From positions 41,735 to 105,734 of the forward strand of contig JANQHR010000102.1 of assembly GCA_028282585.1 (NCBI GenBank): a stretch of 64,000 nt of DNA, written 5' to 3'. This document shows positions 39,572 to 47,400 of this stretch, piece after piece (within the stretch, counting starts at the first letter, position 1; each line of letters begins with the position of its first letter). A model generated the notes under the pieces. That model searched no databases, was not told the DNA's origin, and saw only the letters and a program-made list of their open reading frames with translations. Position numbers and translations under genes: made by a program. The DNA is from Bacteroidales bacterium (GTDB taxonomy: Bacteria; Bacteroidota; Bacteroidia; Bacteroidales; UBA12077).

Positions 39572-40660
39572 ATGAAAAGTTTTAAATACCCTTTCATTTT
39601 CATCTTATTCGGTTTTCTTTCCAGTAACATAATTGCTCAGGATTCCGGAAACAAAGATGAAATTATCGAAAAACTTAATTATCAGTTAGAGTATCTGCAA
39701 CACAGATTAGATCGCTTAGAAAAAATATCGGATGATATTTTATGGTATAATAAAGTTGGAGATATTGCTTATGTTGATAAAGTTTATATCTACGGACCTC
39801 CAAAATGGAAAGAAAAAAGTCCGACAGCTCAAGGAGCAGGAAATCCCGTAAAATTTTGGACTTATACTTTTATTCCAAAAGATATTGATCCATCTAAAAA
39901 ATATCCATTAATTGTACTACCTCATGGAGGTGTTCATGCCGATTTCACAACTTATTATGCTCACATTGTTCGTGAACTGATTTCGCAACAATATATTGTA
40001 GTCGCTGCTGAATATCGCGGTAGTACAGGTTATGGAAAAGGCCATTACGAAAAAATCGATTACGGAGGCTTAGAAACTGAAGATGTAAATGCTAGTAGAC
40101 AATTTATGATTGATAATTATGAGATTGTTGATGGAGACAGAGTCGGTATTATTGGATGGAGTCATGGAGGTATGATTACTTTACATAATATTTTTGACCA
40201 TCCCAATAAATATAAAGTAGCTTTTGCAGGAGTTCCGGTGAGTGATATTATTTCAAGAATGGGGTATCAGACACAAAGCTATCGTAATTTATTTTCGGCT
40301 GACTACCACATTGGGCAAACTGCTTACGAAAATGTAAATGAATACCGAAGAAGGTCTCCTGCATGGAATACCCATAAATTTCAAAATACACCATTATTAA
40401 TTCACACAAATACAAATGATGATGATGTTAATGTTCTTGAAGTTGAGCATTTAATAAAATCATTAAAAGCTGATGGTAAAAAGTTTGAGTACGAGATTTT
40501 TCAAAATATCCCCGGAGGACACTCATTTGATAGAATGGATACAAAACATGCCAGAGAAGTACGTGTAAAAATATATAAGTTTCTAGGACAATATTTAAAT
40601 CCACCAAAACAAATTAAGACAGTAAGAGATTTGGAAAAAGCAGCTTATAAAATAAATTAA
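39572..40660 (+). CDS. Secreted S9-family alpha/beta-hydrolase peptidase
   Basis: Signal peptide; PHGGVH, YRGSTGYG, GWSHGG nucleophile, NDDDV, GGHSF. Confidence 0.85.
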   Translation: MKSFKYPFIFILFGFLSSNIIAQDSGNKDEIIEKLNYQLEYLQHRLDRLEKISDDILWYNKVGDIAYVDKVYIYGPPKWKEKSPTAQGAGNPVKFWTYTFIPKDIDPSKKYPLIVLPHGGVHADFTTYYAHIVRELISQQYIVVAAEYRGSTGYGKGHYEKIDYGGLETEDVNASRQFMIDNYEIVDGDRVGIIGWSHGGMITLHNIFDHPNKYKVAFAGVPVSDIISRMGYQTQSYRNLFSADYHIGQTAYENVNEYRRRSPAWNTHKFQNTPLLIHTNTNDDDVNVLEVEHLIKSLKADGKKFEYEIFQNIPGGHSFDRMDTKHAREVRVKIYKFLGQYLNPPKQIKTVRDLEKAAYKIN

Positions 40661-40667
40661 CTAAATC

Positions 40668-41147
40668 TTATATCTTTTTTTCAAAAGCGATAAAATACGT
40701 TAAATCCTTTTTGTGATTAAAGACTGGTTCAATATTTACTTGACAATCATACTCTATGCCTGATTTTCTGTAATTTACAAGTGTCTCTGAAACAGGGTTA
40801 CTTTTTAGTATCGCCTCTCTAATTCGTATTTTAATGGTTTCGCTGGTTTTAGAGCCTTGTAAAAAGGAAGGTTTTCTGTTGATTGCCTCATCAAAAGTAT
40901 ATCCGGTCATATGATAAAATCCCGAACTTACCCATTGAATAATTTGTTTAGTGTCTGTGATTACAATAGCATCGTACGAGTTAACACATTTCATGAGTTC
41001 TCCTGGAATTTCAACGTAATGTTGTTTTAAAAACTTTTCTAGATAAATCTTATCATTCATTCTTTTCATTAACCGATTATAATAATCGAAATAAATGTCC
41101 CAACTTAACAACGGTCCACTATTTTGCTCTTTTTTTTTATTTTCCAT
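40668..41147 (-). CDS. Stand-alone PAS (LOV-like, no photoactive Cys) protein
   Basis: AIVITD..QIIQWVSSGFYHMTGY..DEAINRKPSFLQG...LVNYRKSG. The canonical LOV GRNCRFLQG has Pro in place of Cys here. Confidence 0.82.
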   Translation of the reverse strand: MENKKKEQNSGPLLSWDIYFDYYNRLMKRMNDKIYLEKFLKQHYVEIPGELMKCVNSYDAIVITDTKQIIQWVSSGFYHMTGYTFDEAINRKPSFLQGSKTSETIKIRIREAILKSNPVSETLVNYRKSGIEYDCQVNIEPVFNHKKDLTYFIAFEKKI

Positions 41148-41151
41148 AGTA

Positions 41152-41349
41152 TTAATTTTTTAGATTACATATTTTTATGATTAATCCTTCGATACACTCT
41201 TTGCATAAACATTCGGAATAGTTATTTGAAATATGTTTAATTACATCGACGGGGATTTTGATTTTTGAACACCAACATTCCATCGAGTTATAACAGGTAA
41301 ATACCTGACCACATCTTGGACAAATTGCAATTTCTTCTAAAGTTTTCAT
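41152..41349 (-). CDS. Cysteine-rich CWC family small protein
   Basis: CPRCGQVFTC...ECWC...CLCKEC pattern; tightly spaced in the minus-strand operon. Confidence 0.8.
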   Translation of the reverse strand: MKTLEEIAICPRCGQVFTCYNSMECWCSKIKIPVDVIKHISNNYSECLCKECIEGLIIKICNLKN

Positions 41350-41359
41350 GAGTTGAAGT

Positions 41360-43018
41360 TTAAGCTAATACCAAAACTAATACTTGTGCCAGAAGTATTC
41401 TCAAAAACATGGTTAAAGGATAAACCGTGGCATATGCGCTTGCTTGTGCGTGCACAGGTGCAATTGAATTTGCAAATTCCAATGCCGGTGGATCTGTCAT
41501 TGAACCTGATAATAAACCGCACAGAGTTAAATAATTCAGTTTTAATAAACGTCCAATAATACCGACTACTATTAAGGGGATAAATGTAATTGCTGCACCA
41601 TAGAGCATCCAAATATATCCACCATTTACAACGGTTTCCCAAAAATGTTTCCCTGATCCTAATCCCACACAAGCCAAAAACAAGACAATTCCTAATTCAC
41701 GAATAAATCGATTTGCACTTGGTGTCATGTAAAAATCAAAGTTTCCTACACGGCCTTTATGTCCGAGGATTAATGCAACAATTAAAGGACCGCCTGCTAA
41801 ACCTAACTTTGCAGGAGCAGGTAAACCCGGGATAAAAAATGATATGCTTCCTATCAGAATTCCAAGGAAAATTCCAATAAACAAAGGAATTAAGTTAGGA
41901 TGTGATAGGTCATGTAAAGAATTACCTAAAAATCCTGCTATTTCGTTCATGCGGTTTCTGGCTCCAACTACCCGAAGTGTATCACCAAATTCAATAGTTG
42001 TATTGCCAGCAGGAATGATCTCCGTTTCGCCCCTGAAAATGCGTGTAATATTTGCAGGAAATAATCCGGACAGGTTAATATCCTTTATTTGTCGGCCGGT
42101 TATTTTACGATTGGTGATTAAAATATGCCGCATAGACATTTGATCGGTAATCTTTATTTTCTTTGCAGGAGATACTTTTCCAACTTTCAGTTCAAGATGA
42201 GGAACACAAACATCAGAACATAATCCAAATAGAATATCACCTTCCTGAAGATGTATTTTATCATCGGGAATAAGATATTCTCCGTCACGCATCAAACGTG
42301 AAAAAACAAATTCTTTATCAAGCGTAGTTTTTAAGAATCTAAGGTTTTTCCCAAACAAATTTGGATTAGAAACCAATACCTCGACTGTTTTCGATTGATG
42401 AGAACCTGCATCAATTTGCTCTTGATAGTTTTCTATCTCTTTGTTCAGTTTGATTTTAAATACGCCCCGAACTATAAACATAACCAAAATTATTCCCATA
42501 ATACCAAATGGATAAGCAACGGCATAAGCCATTCCTGAGACTTCCGCTAAAGCATTCCCGTTTGTGAACTGATCAGATATTAACGATTGTATTGCACCTA
42601 AACTGGGTGTATTGGTCACTGCTCCACTGAATAAACCAGCAATAATGTGAGTTTCCATGTTAAATAGTTTATGAATAGTAAAAGCAGTAAAAAAACCAAA
42701 TACCACGATCAATGTCGCCAGCAGGTTTAATTTCATTCCATTATTGCGGAATGAAGAAACAAAACGTGGGCCAATCTCAATGCTAATGGAATAGACAAAA
42801 AGAATCAGACCAAATTCCTTTGTAAAATGCAACACCTGATGATTTATTGTTGCTCCTAAATGCCCGATGAGCAATCCACTAAATAACACTCCGGCTATAC
42901 CTAATTTGATGTTTCCAAACTTGATTTTACCAAATAAGATTCCCAGAATTCCTGTGAGGGCCAAAAACACCAAGGATGATGCCGTGTTGCTGTTCGAAAA
43001 TAATTTTAAGATCTCCAT
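41360..43018 (-). CDS. AspT/YidE/YbjL (AAE family) transporter with TrkA-C domains
   Basis: LGIAGVLF..KEFGLILFVYSI, GAVTNTPSLGA, YAVAYPFG; central soluble TrkA-C pair; LGLAGGPLIVAL, GSMTDPPAL, YATVYPLTMFLRI. Confidence 0.9.
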   Translation of the reverse strand: MEILKLFSNSNTASSLVFLALTGILGILFGKIKFGNIKLGIAGVLFSGLLIGHLGATINHQVLHFTKEFGLILFVYSISIEIGPRFVSSFRNNGMKLNLLATLIVVFGFFTAFTIHKLFNMETHIIAGLFSGAVTNTPSLGAIQSLISDQFTNGNALAEVSGMAYAVAYPFGIMGIILVMFIVRGVFKIKLNKEIENYQEQIDAGSHQSKTVEVLVSNPNLFGKNLRFLKTTLDKEFVFSRLMRDGEYLIPDDKIHLQEGDILFGLCSDVCVPHLELKVGKVSPAKKIKITDQMSMRHILITNRKITGRQIKDINLSGLFPANITRIFRGETEIIPAGNTTIEFGDTLRVVGARNRMNEIAGFLGNSLHDLSHPNLIPLFIGIFLGILIGSISFFIPGLPAPAKLGLAGGPLIVALILGHKGRVGNFDFYMTPSANRFIRELGIVLFLACVGLGSGKHFWETVVNGGYIWMLYGAAITFIPLIVVGIIGRLLKLNYLTLCGLLSGSMTDPPALEFANSIAPVHAQASAYATVYPLTMFLRILLAQVLVLVLA

Positions 43019-43135
43019 TTTCTAAATAGATTTAAGTTAACAACAAATTGTGCCCGCGGGAAATAAAGAAAATGGATCTGTAAAAAAAGATCGATACGTG
43101 CTTTATACCGCGAAAGCAGATATCATTCAAGAAAC

Positions 43136-43407
43136 AATTAAGACAGGTCTCCTGGCTTTCCCGACTTTCAGCGCCTTCTCTCACCCATCGAAGCTTTAGC
43201 GAAGGCGGGTCACTCCGCACTTCAAACTAAACTATTCTTTGAGTAAAATGGCAAAATTGCTGAAAGCACGAATCTGAGTGTATCAGAATCAGGATTACAG
43301 TTGCGCGTCAGCCCACGATTTCATACCTCCGTTTTCCTGAGAACTATCAGGACGGCAGGCAAGGCACGTGATTCCCTTTTAAACTCTTTTTAAAGAGTAT
43401 CTTAATT
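43136..43407 (-). ncRNA. Cobalamin riboswitch controlling the AspT-CWC-PAS arm (contains hairpin insertions)
   Basis: Minus strand: aattaaga...aaaagggaat-cacg[..]cgtg-ggctgacgcgcaactgtaa...gccat...gagaaggc...aagccaggagacctgtcttaatt (B12 box; the ends pair). A downstream gctttcgcggtataaagc hairpin has a loop complementary to the L5 cgcg. Confidence 0.88.
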
Positions 43408-43433
43408 TTACATGATCTGAATGAACTTGGATG

Positions 43434-43481
43434 CAAAGATATGCATTAATTTCTTGTTGGGAAAAATTATAATTATATTTG
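43434..43481. promoter_or_regulatory. Back-to-back divergent Bacteroidota promoters
   Basis: TAtcTTTG on the minus strand (43441-43434) and TAtaTTTG on the plus strand (43474-43481), each just upstream of a riboswitch. Confidence 0.7.
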
Positions 43482-43486
43482 CCATA

Positions 43487-43650
43487 TAATTGGTTCCTAT
43501 TTTTCTTATTAGGAAAAGGATTAAAAGGGAATGTCGTTAAATTCGGCAACAGTTCCCGCTGCTGTGATGGCTGCAAAGTTTTAACAATATGTCACTCTTT
43601 TACGGGGGGAAGGCGTTAAAACAGGCCTAAGTCAGAAGACCTGCCAATTA
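43487..43650 (+). ncRNA. Cobalamin riboswitch controlling the B12 uptake operon
   Basis: taattggttcc...ttaaaagggaa-tgtcg-ttaaatt-cggca-acagttcccgctgctgtga...gtcact...gggaaggc...aagtcagaagacctgccaatta. The ends pair, and downstream gcggagaac is complementary to gttcccgc. Confidence 0.95.
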
Positions 43651-43769
43651 AACATAGATTTTGTAGCCTGCGGAGAACGGGTAGCTAATCATTCCGATGT
43701 TTTATTGGCCTTCCAAATTCATCGTATGCTGCAAGATCAAGTTATTAACTCAATTAAATTGCAGTAACG

Positions 43770-44348
43770 ATGAAAAATTCAAAAATCACAATCCGCTTTG
43801 GAGTTTTATCGCTCCTTGTTTTGGCAGCAGCTTTAAGCCGATTATTACCACATCCCCCTAATTTTGCCCCTATTGGTGCTATGGCTTTATTTGGAGCCGC
43901 TTATTATAAGCAAAAATATCTGGCTTTTATAGTTCCAATTATTTCCATGTGGATTAGCGACTTGCTAATTAACAATATTTTATATAACCAGTATTTTGAT
44001 CATTTTGTGTGGTTCTACCAAGGTTTTTATTGGACCTATGGTGCATTTATATTGATTGTTATCATTGGATTCTTTTTGCTTAAAAAAGTTAAAATTAAGA
44101 ATCTGATAATTGCGAGTTTAGCTGCATCAGTTACGTTTTTCTTAGTGTCTAATTTTGGAGTGTGGGCATCAGGATCAATGTATCCTAAAACCGTAAGTGG
44201 ATTATTAGCTTGTTACACCGCAGGAATACCTTTTTTAAAAAATACAATAACAGGAGACCTTATCTATTCAATAGCCCTTTTTGGAGCTTTTGAACTAGCG
44301 AAGTATCGATTCCCTGTATTAAAATTACAAACAAGAAAAATCTATTAA
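43770..44348 (+). CDS. DUF6580-like membrane protein, putative ECF S-component-like corrinoid transporter
   Basis: 192 aa, ~5-6 TM; SRLLPHPPNFAPIGAMALFGAAY, FFLVSNFGVW, YPKT..GL.ACY.AGIPF; first gene after a B12 riboswitch. Confidence 0.72.
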   Translation: MKNSKITIRFGVLSLLVLAAALSRLLPHPPNFAPIGAMALFGAAYYKQKYLAFIVPIISMWISDLLINNILYNQYFDHFVWFYQGFYWTYGAFILIVIIGFFLLKKVKIKNLIIASLAASVTFFLVSNFGVWASGSMYPKTVSGLLACYTAGIPFLKNTITGDLIYSIALFGAFELAKYRFPVLKLQTRKIY

Positions 44349-44425
44349 TAAACAGAGCGGCCGTATTCGCCAAAATCCCAGCCGCTCCTTAAGACAAACA
44401 ATCATTTACTATAAACAATTGCCGT

Positions 44426-47400
44426 ATGAAACAAATTTACTCATTTTTATTAGTCTTTGCAGGGCTATTTTTATTAGGGTTTAATTCTTACAGTCAGGAA
44501 TTTACCCACAAGGAAGATTTAAACTTAGAGCGAATACGCAGTTCTTCTGACTACCGGAAAACAGTAAAATTTGCTGATTTGTTTACTTTTCCGGCAGAAG
44601 TTGATGTAAAAAGCGAAATTTCAACTAATGCTGACATTACTATCAATTTCTCATCTACCAATGAATCTAATATACTATTTGATGGTTACTATTATTCCAT
44701 CTGGGGAGGGCAATATTTTTATTGCAGAATTCCAGCAAATAGTTACGGTAAAGATACTCTAACAATTACGATAACCTATAATGGAATTGAAGCCATTTCT
44801 AAAGTTGTGGTAGAAATTGATCCTATTGAATGCAAAGATGATGCATATGATTTGGACATAGGAGACACTCTGGAAGTTGCTGTTACAAGTAATGATAATC
44901 CCAAAACCTTTTTTGATTATACAAGTTTTGAAATTATTCAAAATGCAACATCAGGGACACATCAAATTACAGGTGACGGAACAATTGAGTATATCAATTC
45001 GGAAAGTACTCCTAATTATACTAACGATACCATTATTTACCGCATTGCCGATACGGATTCTAACTACGACACGGCAATGGTAGTAATGAGTATCCACAAA
45101 GGTTCATATGTTACGAAGGTTTTTGATTACCTGCCTGCTCCTGGTCAATTTGTTAATAAATCCTGGGCAGATCCCGTTGCCGGAGAAAAAGTAATTGGAA
45201 ATACCAGCGGAGGAGCTTCTCTTGGTGGGTTTGGCGGGTATATTATAGTAGGGTTTGACCAAGCAATCGTTAATCGTAATAATAATGCTTATGGTGTTGA
45301 CTTTACAGTGAAGGGAAATGCTTTTGGCGGATGGGCCGAGCCTGCCGCTGTTCAGGTAATGAAAGATGAAAACGGTAACGGATTGCCTGACGATACCTGG
45401 TATGAGTTGGCCGGTTCGGAGTATTATTTCAATACTTCTGTTAAAAACCTTACTATGACCTATTATAACCCCAAATACAATACACGTGCTACCATACCGT
45501 ATTCAACGAATAAAGGGATTAATGGAGCAATGCGTACCAACAGTTTCCACAACCAGCCCTATTATCCCGATCCATATGGCTTTGAAATTTCCAAAGATTC
45601 TGTTTCATTCACCGGTACTTTAACCAAGTTTTTGCTTGATAAAAGCAGGTCCGGTTTTGTAACCGCAAAACGACTCCCCCGCTTTGGTTATGCGGATAAT
45701 AAACCCAATGGTAGCAATTCGACTATACCAAATAACCCTTATACAGACACAAAAGGAAATGGCTTTGATTTGGAATGGGCTGTTGATGCAGAAGGGAATT
45801 ATGTTGATTTAGATACTGTACATTTTGTAAAAGTATACAGTACGGTACAAGAAGATGGCGGATGGCTTGGAGAAGTATCCCCTGAAATCTTTGAAATTGG
45901 TATTACTACACCGGATCCTTCTTATGTGCCGGAAGACTATTATATACATTCGATCGGAGCCGGTCAGTTACAAGTATTAAAAGGCACATCCTTCCAATAC
46001 GAAGGAATCCTTTTCAAAAACGGAATCCCTCAAGAAGGTAATTCAACCTGGTCCACAACAGTTGATTCAGTAGGTGCAATTGACAATACCGGGTTGTTTA
46101 CGGCAAACAAACTGGGAACTACCACCCTCAGATTCCATATTGACCCTGCTGTTCAAAAGGACAGCATCACAATTGAAGTAGTTGATTTACAAAGTGTTTA
46201 TCTGGAGCTTGAAGGCAATACCAATTCGCCGGACAGCACCACAGTTACCAAAGGAAGTTCTCTTTATATAAACGCACAGGGTGAAGATAACCGTACAAGT
46301 CCTTTCAATAATTTTGTTTATGAAAGCTATAACTGGACTTCAACCAATCCGGAAATAGGAACCATAACCAACGGTTTATTTTACGCGAATCAAACCGGGA
46401 CAACTTCAATTATCGCCACCTCTGTTCATCACCCGGATTTGGCAGACACCATGGTTGTGGAAGTACTGCCTATACCTGCATTAGAGAATGTATCTGATAC
46501 CATTGAAATTGCTTATGAACAGCGCGAAGGAAGCTTTAGCAATACCGATTTGTTTTCAATAGAAGGTGGCGCTACCATTTTTATGGAGAGTTTAGAAAAT
46601 GCCAATAACTCTTTAATGCTTAGCTTAGACCAAAACGAGCTTAACTACGAACTTGCTCTCGGTGCATTTGGTTATTTCCCGGTTACTTTTACACTGGAAG
46701 CCTATAATGAAACCCAGGAAAAGACAATTGTTTTCAAGGCTGCAGAGCCCCAAACCCAAAACAGCCTGGTATTTGTAAATGGCGGACAATTCATGGACTT
46801 GAACCATCCCACCATGTTAATACAGTACAATTCATCAACAAACAAAACCGATACGGTTGACAATTACATTGCCGGAGCTACTTCGGTACAGGATATGCTT
46901 GTTGATGGCAACTATGCCTTTGTATCGGCTGATTATTACATAACCCGATATGATTTGGACGAAGGTTTTGCCACTGATTCAATATATACGCAGGATGTAA
47001 GTCCTACCGAAGCCGACGGCACGGGAACTGAAGGTGCAGGTGTAAATCATAAAATGGCTATTTACAATAACCTGCTTTTGGTTACTCGTCAGTTTAGTTC
47101 TGCTGCCCCACAGGATGGGTATAACGTTCGCATATACAACAAAGGTGATTTATCCTTAGTAAAGAAAATCGCCGTTTCTGACCAGGCAACTGATGTTGTT
47201 GTGGCTGGCGAAACCGCTTATGTGATGATTAATGGGGGCTTTGCCGGAACAACCAGTTCTTTGGCTGTTATCGACCTGAAAACCTTAACCTTAAATCGTG
47301 AAATTGATTTAGGCGAAGATGGTTTAGGTGTGATGCAGATGATAGTGAAAGATTCATTGATTTACGGTATCCGTTTAGCCAGCTTCATGGGAACTTTTGG

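Noticed and set aside
40668-41147. Blue-light LOV photoreceptor
   Set aside because: The adduct-forming Cys of GxNCRFLQ is replaced by Pro, so a canonical photocycle is not supported.
43032-43220. 62-aa minus-strand ORF (MRSDPPSLKLRW...)
   Set aside because: It lies within the riboswitch and expression platform and translates the inserted palindrome; no protein features.
43379-43576. 65-aa minus-strand ORF
   Set aside because: It is antisense to the plus-strand riboswitch and spans both promoters.
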